Assembly: GCA_046484945.1 (NCBI GenBank)
Contig: JAWOHY010000242.1
Span: forward strand, 1-54,967
Origin: Bacteroidales bacterium
Lineage (GTDB): Bacteria > Bacteroidota > Bacteroidia > Bacteroidales > JAGOPY01
Direction of reading: 5' to 3'
DNA: 54,967 nucleotides
Under the pieces are notes generated by a model that did no database searches, was not told the origin of the DNA, and saw only the letters and a program-made list of their open reading frames with translations. Below, piece after piece: positions 44,348-54,054 of the stretch (position 1 is the first letter of the stretch; each line of letters opens with the position of its first letter). A program made the position numbers and the translations under genes.

Positions 44348-45994
44348 TTATTCTTCCATATTCTTTTTACTGTCCCTGTTCATCTGGTACTTCTTCACCG
44401 GGATAATGGTCCTCACCAGTCCGCTCTGCAAAGTTTTCCAGATATAATTAATGATTCCCTTGTTCTTGTCGCGTTCGTAACCAATATCGACGCCCTTTAC
44501 TTCTTTACCGGCAGGGGGATTGTTTGATAAAACAGCCGTGTTGGCTAATGCGGAAATAAACTCCCATTGCTTATCGTGATTCTTTTTCAAGATCACTACA
44601 TCCAGATCCTTATAAAGAAACTCCATCCAGCCATTAGATTCATGGTCATCCGCCTTAAAATCAAAGGTCATCCTGGTCAGTGTGCCGCCGTTGATGCGCA
44701 TGCTGATCGCCGGTTCCAGCATTGGGTTAAGCGGCGCCAGTGCCATGGCGCCCACGCTGCCTTTACAGGTGAAACGGTGCAGGTCACCCTCCAAAGGCAG
44801 TTGCAGTTCTACATTTAATATTCCTTCTCCCATGACCTTGGCACGCATTTTCACATTCATGGCAGTCTTCATTCTTATGCTATCCCGGTAATTTCTCAGG
44901 TCTGTCGCCATGGCAGTAAATTCTTCCAGCCTGATGACCCCGGGTTCATCATTGCCTTCGGCCAGTTCGCCATATTGAATAACGGCATCGACGATCGACA
45001 GGGTATCTAGAACCAGCGGAAGCGGGATTTTGAGGAAAGACTCGTTGTAAAAATCGGGGTATTTATGGATATTGATAGCAACGTTCTTATCCCTGTAAAT
45101 GTCAGCTTCCAGGTGTTCTACCAGGAGTTTTGATATTTCAGCCGGATGACCGGCCAGCATTCGCTCATAACCGATTCTGTTGATCGTGACCTTTCCCACT
45201 TGAAGGTCGAAACGGTCATCCTGAAAATCAATCATCCTGGAGAAATCCGTTTTGCTAAAATCAGGAGAAACACGGATGTTATGGATAAGGATGGTTGAAT
45301 CAAGGTTGGTGGCCAGGAGTTCATCCACGGAGATAGTATATAATGATGTTTTCGGATGCCATTCAATATCTTTGATGGAAATGGAACTTTCCCCGAAATG
45401 CATGATGATCTGTTGGTCCGTTTCATCTCTTTCAAAGGATATATCCTGCCCTGAAAAATCGATGTCAGAAGAGGAGGCGTTCAGGTCGTCCTCCTCACGA
45501 TAAAGTTTAAACTCGCCATCAGCCAGCAGGATATTTTTCAGGGAGAGGCCTTTGAAAGAGGCCAGGTTAATTTTCTCTGCTGTAGTTTCAGCCCTCGCAC
45601 TCCTGACTTTATCGGTTTGTTTTTCAAGCAGATGCACGATTACCCGCGGCTCTATAAAGATAAGGTCTCCGATCCTCAGCTTCTTGTGAATAAGGAATTT
45701 CATGATCCTGAATTGGGTCAGCTCAACAGATGAGACGTGGATTTCCATCCAGACATTTTCATCTTGTGTCCAGGAGGTATCAGGGGTCATCCGGATACCG
45801 GTGATCAGCAACTGCCTTTTGACCAGGTTCAGACGGAATTTTTCATAAGTGATATTGTGCTTTAAAGGTTTGTTTTTTTCGAGAAAATTGTTCAGGAAAG
45901 GTGTCACGAGCCTGTCGGTGTAATAGGACCCTAATAAAATGAGGGCTGCCAGTAGTGCAATAATAGCACCCGTGATGGATAACTTAATCTTCAT
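44348..45994 (-). CDS. Hypothetical N-terminally anchored protein (AsmA/DUF748-like by architecture)
   Basis: 548 aa. Single N-terminal TM (ITGAIIALLAALILLGSYY) followed by a long beta-rich region. The family call is tentative. Confidence 0.6.
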   Translation of the reverse strand: MKIKLSITGAIIALLAALILLGSYYTDRLVTPFLNNFLEKNKPLKHNITYEKFRLNLVKRQLLITGIRMTPDTSWTQDENVWMEIHVSSVELTQFRIMKFLIHKKLRIGDLIFIEPRVIVHLLEKQTDKVRSARAETTAEKINLASFKGLSLKNILLADGEFKLYREEDDLNASSSDIDFSGQDISFERDETDQQIIMHFGESSISIKDIEWHPKTSLYTISVDELLATNLDSTILIHNIRVSPDFSKTDFSRMIDFQDDRFDLQVGKVTINRIGYERMLAGHPAEISKLLVEHLEADIYRDKNVAINIHKYPDFYNESFLKIPLPLVLDTLSIVDAVIQYGELAEGNDEPGVIRLEEFTAMATDLRNYRDSIRMKTAMNVKMRAKVMGEGILNVELQLPLEGDLHRFTCKGSVGAMALAPLNPMLEPAISMRINGGTLTRMTFDFKADDHESNGWMEFLYKDLDVVILKKNHDKQWEFISALANTAVLSNNPPAGKEVKGVDIGYERDKNKGIINYIWKTLQSGLVRTIIPVKKYQMNRDSKKNMEE

Positions 45995-46005
45995 TGAAAA
46001 AATAC

Positions 46006-46359
46006 TCAGAAATCATCATCCTGGCTGGAAACCGATGAGAAATCTTCTTCCTGAAATTCCTCGAAAGAGAGATCTTCCGGCAAGTCCGTTTCCATCGCCA
46101 TACCATTCAAATGATTCAGGATCTCTTCATCGTCGTTCGAACCGAATTGACGCTGCATATCCTGATAAATGAATTCATCGATGAGATGAACGACATCACC
46201 ATATTTCCGGTTTTTTATCTCGGCGAATAATTCATTGAAATCGGGATCATATTTTACCCGTTCGCGGATATCTTCCACGTATTCATCCAGTTCTTCATAA
46301 TCGCCCGTTTCGATTGTTTCGCGGATGGTTTCCAGGTATTCAAATTTCTTCGTATCCAT
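46006..46359 (-). CDS. Hypothetical small highly acidic protein
   Basis: 117-aa ORF very rich in D/E (…EDLSFEEFQEEDFSSVSSQDDDF). 11 nt upstream of the AsmA-like gene on the same strand. Confidence 0.55.
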   Translation of the reverse strand: MDTKKFEYLETIRETIETGDYEELDEYVEDIRERVKYDPDFNELFAEIKNRKYGDVVHLIDEFIYQDMQRQFGSNDDEEILNHLNGMAMETDLPEDLSFEEFQEEDFSSVSSQDDDF

Positions 46360-46444
46360 AACAGAAAAGGTTAAACTGTCAGATAGATTAGCAGTCTAAA
46401 TTAATCAAAATTATTGAAAAAGCAAGTGTATTTATGAATAACTT

Positions 46445-46452
46445 TAATTTTG
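46445..46452 (+). promoter_or_regulatory. Candidate -7 box (TAATTTTG) of the decarboxylase-ubiE unit
   Basis: Exact TAnnTTTG with 21 nt between the box and the ATG at 46474. It overlaps the listed TTG at 46450, which argues for the ATG start. Confidence 0.5.
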
Positions 46453-46473
46453 AAGATAAATATAATACGTTTT

Positions 46474-47886
46474 ATGGAAATGGATAACAAGGTTTTCAGA
46501 AAATATGCCCATGAATTTGTCGACTGGATGGCTGATTACCTGGAGCAGGTAGCGCATTTACCGGTCAAAGCGCAGACGGAACCGGGGGATATATTCAAAC
46601 AAATATCTGATCATCCGCCCGACGAAGGGGAAGAGATGGCTGAGATTTTCATTGACTTCATGAAGATCATTGTCCCTGGGATGACGCATTGGCAGAGCCC
46701 CAATTTTTTTGCCTATTTTCCGGCGAATTCAAGCTATCCTTCTATTCTGGCCGAGATGCTTACGGCTACCCTTGGGGCCCAGTGCATGAAGTGGGAAACC
46801 TCCCCGGCTGCGGCAGAACTGGAGGAGAAGATGATGAACTGGCTGAAGGAGATGACCGGTTTGCCGGGTCATTTTCATGGAGTGATCCAGGATTCGGCAT
46901 CGACGGCCACACTCGTTGCGATTCTGACAGCACGGGAAAAGATGTCGGATTACCAGGTGAATGAGAGGGGGCTCAAATGGTTCGATAATTTCAGGATTTA
47001 TTGTTCTACCGAAACTCATTCCTCGATCGAGAAAGCGGTAAAGATTGCCGGTCTTGGAAGGAAGAACCTGGTCAGGGTGGGCGTCGATGGTGAGTTGCGA
47101 ATGGATCCGCGATTGCTGAAACTCAGCATTGAATCTGACCTGAAAGTGGGCAACAAGCCGGCTTGCGTGGTGGCCACCCTGGGCACCACCGGGACCACGG
47201 CCATCGATCCGCTGAAAGAGATCGCCGAGATATGTTCCCGTTACAACATCTGGCTGCATGTGGATGCCGCGTTTGCGGGCTCCGCCCTGATCCTGCCGGA
47301 ATACCGCTGGATGATCAAAGGGATCAAGCAGGCCGACAGCTTTGTTTTCAACCCGCACAAGTGGCTGTTCACTAATTTCGACTGCTCGGCCTATTTTGTA
47401 AAAGATAAATATGCCCTGCTGCGGACGCTTCAGGTCGTGCCTGAATATCTCCGCACGGCCGACCAGGGAAAGGTGAACGATTACTGCGACTGGAGCGTGC
47501 CGCTGGGCCGGCGTTTCCGGGCGCTCAAGCTTTGGTTCGTCCTTCGTAGTTTTGGTGTGAAGACCTTGCAGGAAAAATTGAGGCTCCATCTCAGCCTGGC
47601 AAGGGAACTGTCGGAGATGATCGCGCGGGATGAGGATTTTGAGCTGATGGCGCCGGTGACCCTCAACCTGGTGTGTTTTCGCTATAAACCAAAAGGCATC
47701 ACAAATGAGGATGATCTGAACAAAATCAACGAGGACTTGCTGAAAAAGATCAATAAAAGCGGCGAGGCCTACATGACCCACACGAAAATCGATGGAAAAT
47801 TTGCCATCCGGATGGTGGTGGCGCAGACGAATGTGGCGAAGGAACATGTGGTAAACGCTTGGAAATTAGTTCGTGATGAAAGATAG
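46474..47886 (+). CDS. PLP-dependent group II decarboxylase, aromatic-L-amino-acid / tyrosine decarboxylase-like
   Basis: HWQSPNFFAYFPANSSYPSILAEML (the DDC-family THWxSPxFFAYFP motif). HVDAAFAGSA. PLP-lysine motif SFVFNPHKWLF. Confidence 0.9.
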   Translation: MEMDNKVFRKYAHEFVDWMADYLEQVAHLPVKAQTEPGDIFKQISDHPPDEGEEMAEIFIDFMKIIVPGMTHWQSPNFFAYFPANSSYPSILAEMLTATLGAQCMKWETSPAAAELEEKMMNWLKEMTGLPGHFHGVIQDSASTATLVAILTAREKMSDYQVNERGLKWFDNFRIYCSTETHSSIEKAVKIAGLGRKNLVRVGVDGELRMDPRLLKLSIESDLKVGNKPACVVATLGTTGTTAIDPLKEIAEICSRYNIWLHVDAAFAGSALILPEYRWMIKGIKQADSFVFNPHKWLFTNFDCSAYFVKDKYALLRTLQVVPEYLRTADQGKVNDYCDWSVPLGRRFRALKLWFVLRSFGVKTLQEKLRLHLSLARELSEMIARDEDFELMAPVTLNLVCFRYKPKGITNEDDLNKINEDLLKKINKSGEAYMTHTKIDGKFAIRMVVAQTNVAKEHVVNAWKLVRDER

Positions 47887-48586
47887 TCGGCCGTTATACA
47901 AGATCTTTTCTTCCGTTCCGCCGAGTTATGATTTGATCAACCGGTTGTTCACCTGGCGGCAGGATGAGCGGTGGCGAAAAAAGGCAGCAGGGCTTATTTT
48001 AGAAGATAATCCGCAACGTATCATGGACCTTTGCACCGGAACGGGCGACCTGGCCATACATATCGCGGGCATTTCCGGGGGCGGGACCGGAATAACCGGT
48101 TTTGATTACAGCCGGCCGATGCTGGATATTGCGGAACGGAAGGCACAGGAATCAGCTGGCGGAAGGATCAGTTTCGTCCTGGGCGATGCCGCCGAGATGC
48201 CTTTTACAAACGGTTATTTTGGAGCGATTGGAATCGCTTTTGCTTTTCGAAACCTGACCTATAAAAATAAAGATTCCGATAAGTTCCTGGCGGAGATTTA
48301 CCGTGTGCTCGAGCCCGGCGGCAGATTTGTCATCGTGGAAAGCAGCCAGCCTGCCAATGGCCTGTTACGGTTTTTATTCCGTGTATATACAAAAACGATG
48401 GTGTATTATCTGGGCAGCTGGATTTCGGGCAATAAAACCGCTTACCGTTACCTGGCCAACTCTGTGATCGATTATTTCACACCGGAGGAGGTGACTGCTT
48501 TATTGCAAAAAGCCGGTTTTTCAGGGATCCGTCACATTCCGCTGATGGGCGGCGTGGCGGCGATCCATTTAGCCATAAAAAGGTGA
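47876..48586 (+). CDS. ubiE: Demethylmenaquinone / ubiquinone-type C-methyltransferase (UbiE/MenG)
   Basis: YDLINRLFTWRQDERWRKKA (UbiE N-terminal signature). SAM motif I DLCTGTGD. FRNLT. The ATG at 47876 overlaps the decarboxylase 3' end by 11 nt. Confidence 0.88.
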   Translation: MKDSRPLYKIFSSVPPSYDLINRLFTWRQDERWRKKAAGLILEDNPQRIMDLCTGTGDLAIHIAGISGGGTGITGFDYSRPMLDIAERKAQESAGGRISFVLGDAAEMPFTNGYFGAIGIAFAFRNLTYKNKDSDKFLAEIYRVLEPGGRFVIVESSQPANGLLRFLFRVYTKTMVYYLGSWISGNKTAYRYLANSVIDYFTPEEVTALLQKAGFSGIRHIPLMGGVAAIHLAIKR

Positions 48587-48593
48587 TCTCTTC

Positions 48594-49520
48594 TCAAGAT
48601 GTTTTTTCAACCGGAATGATCTCCAGTTCCATAAGGGTTCCTTTTCGGAGCACTTTTATCTTCAGCGGTTTGTTGATCTTTTCTGCGGTGAGCACCCGGA
48701 ACAGGCCCGGTGAGCCGGTGATCATCTGATCGTCGAACTCAATGATGATGTCACCTTCGGCCAGGAGTGCTTTTTTGGCAGGAGAGTGATCGTTGACGCC
48801 TGACACCAGCAATCCTTTCGTATTGGCCAGGTGATGGAATTGGCGCAGGCGGGGATGGATCTCCACTTCCTGTATCATCACCCCCAGGTAGGCGCGGGTG
48901 ACTTTCCCATACTGCATCAGCTGCCTGGCGATCTCTCTGGCCATGTTGATGTCGATGGCAAAGCTAAGCCCCTGTGCCCCGCCGATGATCGCAGTGTTGA
49001 TCCCAACGACCTCCCCGCTGGTATTGATGAGCGGGCCGCCAGAATTTCCGGGATTCAGCGAAGCATCCGTTTGCAATACATTTTCGATCACCTGGCCGCC
49101 GGCGGTGCGTAATGTCCGGCCGACACCGCTCAGGATACCGGCCGAGACCGAATGCTGGTAGCCCAGAGGGTTCCCGATGGCGATCAGCAACTGGCCAATC
49201 TGCAATTGCTGTGAATCTCCCAGCGTAGCGACAGAATACCCATCCCCGTAAGCTTTTAGTAAGGCTATATCAGAATCAGGGTCTTTTCCGGTAATGGTCG
49301 CTTCCAGCTCGCTCCCGTCAAGCAGCGTAACCCGGATGATGCCGGCTTTGGCGATAACATGGGCGTTGGTAAAAATCAGGCCATCGCTCGAAAATACAAA
49401 ACCTGAACCGGTCCCTGCCGGCATTTTCCGGTTATTATGCAACCGGAACACATCGATCTTGACCACCGCGTTCTTGATCTGATCAATGGCATTGATGATG
49501 ATCTTTGAGAATTCGTCCAT
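48594..49520 (-). CDS. S1C (HtrA/DegP-like) serine protease with one PDZ domain, no recognisable signal peptide
   Basis: Triad contexts TNAHVI, DSDIALLK and GNSGGPLIN. C-terminal PDZ-like region (GLLVSGVNDHSPAKKALLAEGDIIIEFD). Confidence 0.88.
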   Translation of the reverse strand: MDEFSKIIINAIDQIKNAVVKIDVFRLHNNRKMPAGTGSGFVFSSDGLIFTNAHVIAKAGIIRVTLLDGSELEATITGKDPDSDIALLKAYGDGYSVATLGDSQQLQIGQLLIAIGNPLGYQHSVSAGILSGVGRTLRTAGGQVIENVLQTDASLNPGNSGGPLINTSGEVVGINTAIIGGAQGLSFAIDINMAREIARQLMQYGKVTRAYLGVMIQEVEIHPRLRQFHHLANTKGLLVSGVNDHSPAKKALLAEGDIIIEFDDQMITGSPGLFRVLTAEKINKPLKIKVLRKGTLMELEIIPVEKTS

Positions 49521-49522
49521 GA

Positions 49523-52312
49523 TTACAGTTCAGCTATCCGGATCCCGGTTTTCCGAAGTTCTTCCAATTGTGTGGCGGCATCGCCGGCAATCACGTAATA
49601 CATCCTTGACGGATCAATGTATTTTCCTGCCAGCTCTTTATGCCGGTCAGCGGACATTTCGACAACGATCCTCTCCTGTTGGCGAATATAATCATGCGGC
49701 ATGTTATACATACTGATTTCCTGCAGCATCCTGATCTTGGCGGTCAGGGTTTCGAACTCCCTGGCGCGGGATTTATTCAGCGCGTTTTTAGTGAAAGTAA
49801 GGTCCTCCTCCGGAATGCCTTGCCGATACATTTCCATCAGGCTTTTGAAGATTTCGACCGATTCTAGGGTTGCTGATGACCGCACACTGGAGGATGCAAT
49901 GAAAGTTCCCGGCAGATAGGTTCCGGAAAAACTGGTCCTGGCGCCATAAGTAAAACCTTTCTCTTCCCGCAGGACCAGGTTGACATAGCTGTTGAAAGAC
50001 CCTCCCAGTTTGTGGTTCATCACCGTAACCGGGTAAAAATCCGGGTCGGTCCGGGCAGGACCGGTCCCGCCGATGTATATGACCGATTGTTTGGCGCCGG
50101 GAACATCCACGAAATGAATGATTGATTCTTCAGGAGGCTCCGGCATATGATATTCCGGGAAGATAACCTCTTTTGCCACCCATTTCTCCCCTAAATTCTT
50201 TAACGAAGCCATTGCCTCACGCTCATTAATATCGCCTGTGACATGGAATGATGCAACGGAAGGTGAGAAATTGGATGAATAATAATCTTTAAGGTCTTCA
50301 ATGCCAATGCTTTCAACCGTAACTTCTGTCCCAAAGCGATCCACAGAAGAAATATGATCCGGGCCATAAACAAGTTGCAGGAAGGTTTTCCTTGCCAGGC
50401 TCGAAGGGTCTGATTTGGCACGCAAGAGCCTGTTTTGCAGTCCGGTTTTGGCCAGTTCAAACTCTGCTTCATCCCAGCGGGGTTCCAGCAGGATCTCTTC
50501 CACCAGTGCCAGTGTTTTTTCAAAATTCCTGGCGAGGGTGTTGGCACTGATGATGATATCCGTTTCGGAAGCGCTGACAGAGATGTAAGCTCCCAGTTTT
50601 TCAATTTCTTCTTCAAGCTCCCGGGGTGTTTTGTTTTTGGTCCCTTCCATCATCATCCCGGATACCAGGTAGGCAGTTCCCGATTTATCCAATTTATCCA
50701 GGTAATGTCCTCCTTTCAGCACAATATTGAATTGGATCAGCGGCAGTTCATGATTTTCCACGCCATAAACCCGCAGACCATTATTCAAAGCACCTTCCCA
50801 GACAACCGGCAAATTGATTTCAGGGTCAGGACCATCTTCAGGGATAATGCTTCTGTCGAATGAGGAGGGTGTTTTTGCGATAGGCCCTTCTTCGACATCC
50901 TCAATCGCAACCTGGGTGGCCGAAGCAATGTCTTCCTCCATAACCGCAGCATCCACAGACCCTTCCGCTACCAGGTGCAGCTGTCCTTTCGGAACGAAGC
51001 TCGTCGCCAGATAAGGCTTGTTTTTGATGTATTTTTCATAAACCCGGAGGATGTCTTCCTTTTTCACAGCACTGGTCTTTTCAATGTCGGTGAGGTAATA
51101 GGATGGATCCCCGGCGAATTCATTGTAATAGCATAACTGGAAAGATTTCCCGAGGATGCTGCTGATGCCGTTGTAGAAATCGGTTTCCTGGCTGGCTTTG
51201 ATCCTTTCGACATCTTCTTCCTTAAACCCTTCTTCCTCAAATAAGCGGAAGGCTTCAAATATTGCCTCTTCAACCTCTTTCAGGCTTGCCCCCTCATTGG
51301 CGGTTACCGTGATCATGAAACTACCGGCAATTTCCTGGCTCCGGTTTCTGGCGCTCTGGCTTGTGGTCAGTTTGCGGTCCCTTTCCAATACATTATATAG
51401 CGGGGCTTTTTTCCCGACGGATAGCAGCTGGCCTAAATAATCGAGCGGGTAAGCATCATCGCTGTATTGTTCGGCAGCGGGCCATATCATCCTGAACTGA
51501 GGGGCACGGGTGAAATTATCTTCATGATACAGTTTGTGGGTTTCTGACAGCTCGACCGGTTGCGGTTCGGGATCCGGCACCTCATTACCACGGGGAATTT
51601 CGCCAAAATATTTTTCAATCAGCCGTTTGGCTTCATCAATATTAAAATCTCCCGCTAATGCGAGTGTTGCGTTGTTCGGTACGTAGAATTTCGCGTGAAA
51701 TTCCTTTACGTCTTCTACCTGTGCATTAAAAAGATCTTCCATGTCTCCTATCACCGTCCAGCTATAAGGATGTCCTTCCGGATAGAAATTTTTGGCGATC
51801 ACTTCTTGTGTAAATCCATACGGGCGGTTGTCGTATGACTGCCGTTTTTCATTCTGTACGACATTTTGCTGGATGGCAAAAGACTTTTTGGTGACGGTAT
51901 TGATCATATATCCCATTCGATCCGATTCCATCCAGAGGATCTTTTCGAGGGCATTTTTTGGCACAACCTCGAAATAAGTGGTGTAATCGTTGGAAGTGCC
52001 TCCGTTAAGGGTCCCGCCGGCATCCTGGATCAGTTTGAAGAACATATCTTCTCCAACATTCTCTGAGCGCTGAAACATCATATGTTCGAAAAGATGTGCG
52101 AAGCCAGTGCGGCCCTCAACCTCCCGGCTTGAACCCACATGGTACTGCACAGCCAGCGCCACGATAGGATCTGAACGATCAACATGAAGGATAACCTCCA
52201 GGCCGTTATCAAGGGTGTATTTTTCAAAATCAATTTTCAATTTTTTCTCTCCAGGATTGCAAGCAAATACAATGATCAATGCGATTGTCAAAAATAAGAT
52301 GCTTCTTTTCAT
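49523..52312 (-). CDS. M16 (pitrilysin/insulinase) family zinc peptidase, fused active plus inactive halves, lipoprotein
   Basis: Lipobox IIVFAC. Inverted zinc motif HLFEHMMF (HxxEH) with a downstream E. 929 aa, consistent with two M16 halves. Confidence 0.9.
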   Translation of the reverse strand: MKRSILFLTIALIIVFACNPGEKKLKIDFEKYTLDNGLEVILHVDRSDPIVALAVQYHVGSSREVEGRTGFAHLFEHMMFQRSENVGEDMFFKLIQDAGGTLNGGTSNDYTTYFEVVPKNALEKILWMESDRMGYMINTVTKKSFAIQQNVVQNEKRQSYDNRPYGFTQEVIAKNFYPEGHPYSWTVIGDMEDLFNAQVEDVKEFHAKFYVPNNATLALAGDFNIDEAKRLIEKYFGEIPRGNEVPDPEPQPVELSETHKLYHEDNFTRAPQFRMIWPAAEQYSDDAYPLDYLGQLLSVGKKAPLYNVLERDRKLTTSQSARNRSQEIAGSFMITVTANEGASLKEVEEAIFEAFRLFEEEGFKEEDVERIKASQETDFYNGISSILGKSFQLCYYNEFAGDPSYYLTDIEKTSAVKKEDILRVYEKYIKNKPYLATSFVPKGQLHLVAEGSVDAAVMEEDIASATQVAIEDVEEGPIAKTPSSFDRSIIPEDGPDPEINLPVVWEGALNNGLRVYGVENHELPLIQFNIVLKGGHYLDKLDKSGTAYLVSGMMMEGTKNKTPRELEEEIEKLGAYISVSASETDIIISANTLARNFEKTLALVEEILLEPRWDEAEFELAKTGLQNRLLRAKSDPSSLARKTFLQLVYGPDHISSVDRFGTEVTVESIGIEDLKDYYSSNFSPSVASFHVTGDINEREAMASLKNLGEKWVAKEVIFPEYHMPEPPEESIIHFVDVPGAKQSVIYIGGTGPARTDPDFYPVTVMNHKLGGSFNSYVNLVLREEKGFTYGARTSFSGTYLPGTFIASSSVRSSATLESVEIFKSLMEMYRQGIPEEDLTFTKNALNKSRAREFETLTAKIRMLQEISMYNMPHDYIRQQERIVVEMSADRHKELAGKYIDPSRMYYVIAGDAATQLEELRKTGIRIAEL

Positions 52313-52349
52313 GCGCGTGATTTTTGCGCTAAAACTATAAAAAAATAGG

Positions 52350-52357
52350 TAAGTTTG
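52350..52357 (+). promoter_or_regulatory. Candidate -7 box (TAAGTTTG) of the AbgT-family gene
   Basis: Exact TAnnTTTG with 26 nt between the box and the ATG at 52384. TTTG at 52323-52326 is a possible -33 element. Confidence 0.5.
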
Positions 52358-52383
52358 CCCAAAATGTTTACCATTAATTACCC

Positions 52384-53898
52384 ATGATCAAGAAAAACAT
52401 ATTTGACCGGATGCTTGGTTTTGTTGAAAAAGCCGGTAATTTGTTGCCGCATCCAGCCACTTTATTTTTCATATTTGCCCTTCTTGTCCTGATATTTTCC
52501 TGGCTGGCTAAACTGGCCGGTTTTCATGCGATCAACCCGGCTTCAGGGGAATATGTTGAAGTCAATAACCTGCTGACACGCGACGGGTTGCACCGGATCA
52601 TCCTCGAACTGGTGACGAATTTTACCAGTTTTGCGCCGCTGGGCATCGTACTGGTGGCGATGCTTGGCATTGGAGTCGCTGAAAGCAGCGGTTTGATCGG
52701 CACAGTGATCCGGCTGCTGGTATTGTCAGCTCCAAAGCGGCTGCTGACCTTTGTACTGGTTTTTGCAGGGATTCTGAGCAATACGGCCAGCGATATCGGT
52801 TATGTGTTGTTGATACCGCTGGCGGGGACTATTTTCCTGGCTGTCGGGCGGCACCCGGTGGCGGGCATGGCCGCCGCTTTTGCCGGCGTATCAGGCGGTT
52901 TCAGCGCCAACCTGATCCTGGGTACGATCGATCCTTTGCTTGCCGGGCTTTCAGAGGAGGCTGCCCATATTATCGACCCCAATTACCTGGTGAACCCCAC
53001 CGCGAATTATTATTTCATGGTTGTTTCAACTTTCCTGATCTCATTGAGCGGTACCTGGGTCAGTGAACGCATAGTAGAACCGCGCCTGGGTAAATATGAG
53101 GGAGACGTATTGCCCGATAAGATTGAACCCATGAATAAAGCGGAGAAAAAAGGCCTGCGGTATGCCCTGCTAACCCTCCTGGTATTGATCATTTTGGTGG
53201 CCATAGCCATTATTCCTTCCAATGGCATCCTTCGGGGCGACAACGGGGGGCTGCTCAATTCACCCCTGATCAAGGGTGTTATCGCTTTCCTGGTCTTTTT
53301 CGCCGCTTTGCCCGGACTTGCCTTCGGCATCGGTTCCGGAAAATTCAAGGATGATGGCAGTGTAGTGCATGGCATGACGACAACCATGAAGACGCTGGCA
53401 GCTTACATTGTCCTGGTTTTCTTCGCCGCACAGTTCGTGGCATATTTCAGATGGTCCAATCTGGGTCTGATCATAGCCATTAAAGGCGCGGAAGGCTTGT
53501 CTGCCTCCGGTCTCGGACTTATTCCCATGATGATCCTGTTCATCATCCTGTCGGCCTCGCTCAATATGCTCATGGGCAGCGCATCGGCAAAGTGGGCACT
53601 GCTGGCGCCCATTTTCATTCCCATGTTCATGCTGATGGGATATTCTCCTGAACTTTCACAGGCGGTTTATCGCGTAGGAGATAGCGTTACCAATATTATT
53701 TCCCCTATGATGAGCTTTTTTGCCCTGATTATTGTCTTTATCCAAAAATATGACGCAAAGGCAGGCATAGGAACCATCATATCCACCATGTTACCCTATT
53801 CCATCGTGTTTTTCATTGTCTGGACCCTTCTGTTAATTGCCTGGTTATTGCTGGGACTTCCCCTCGGCCCTGGCGCTGGTATATATTATGGAAATTAA
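52384..53898 (+). CDS. AbgT-family transporter (p-aminobenzoyl-glutamate / antimetabolite efflux family)
   Basis: 504 aa, polytopic. N-terminus RMLGFVEKAGNLLPHPATLFFIFALLVL matches the AbgT/MtrF-type start. Confidence 0.88.
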   Translation: MIKKNIFDRMLGFVEKAGNLLPHPATLFFIFALLVLIFSWLAKLAGFHAINPASGEYVEVNNLLTRDGLHRIILELVTNFTSFAPLGIVLVAMLGIGVAESSGLIGTVIRLLVLSAPKRLLTFVLVFAGILSNTASDIGYVLLIPLAGTIFLAVGRHPVAGMAAAFAGVSGGFSANLILGTIDPLLAGLSEEAAHIIDPNYLVNPTANYYFMVVSTFLISLSGTWVSERIVEPRLGKYEGDVLPDKIEPMNKAEKKGLRYALLTLLVLIILVAIAIIPSNGILRGDNGGLLNSPLIKGVIAFLVFFAALPGLAFGIGSGKFKDDGSVVHGMTTTMKTLAAYIVLVFFAAQFVAYFRWSNLGLIIAIKGAEGLSASGLGLIPMMILFIILSASLNMLMGSASAKWALLAPIFIPMFMLMGYSPELSQAVYRVGDSVTNIISPMMSFFALIIVFIQKYDAKAGIGTIISTMLPYSIVFFIVWTLLLIAWLLLGLPLGPGAGIYYGN

Positions 53899-54054
53899 AT
53901 ACGTTAAATCAGAACCTTTTTCCATAAGAATAGTATAACCTATTGGCAGATTTCATGATTAATCTATCCGGAGTAAAGTCCATTATATGAATAATATATG
54001 TCTTTTTTGTGACTTTCCGGGCTACCCGATACTAATAATTTAAATTATCGGAAA

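Noticed and set aside
46729-47847. 372-aa ORF antisense to the decarboxylase gene. Other long antisense ORFs include 26776-27720, 1046-1828, 3652-4308, 17846-18475, 18703-19356, 28778-29491 and 31629-32291.
   Set aside because: Each lies entirely inside a strongly recognisable gene on the opposite strand. Their compositions are low-complexity and rich in R, H, G and P, typical of shadow frames, and none shows a recognisable motif.
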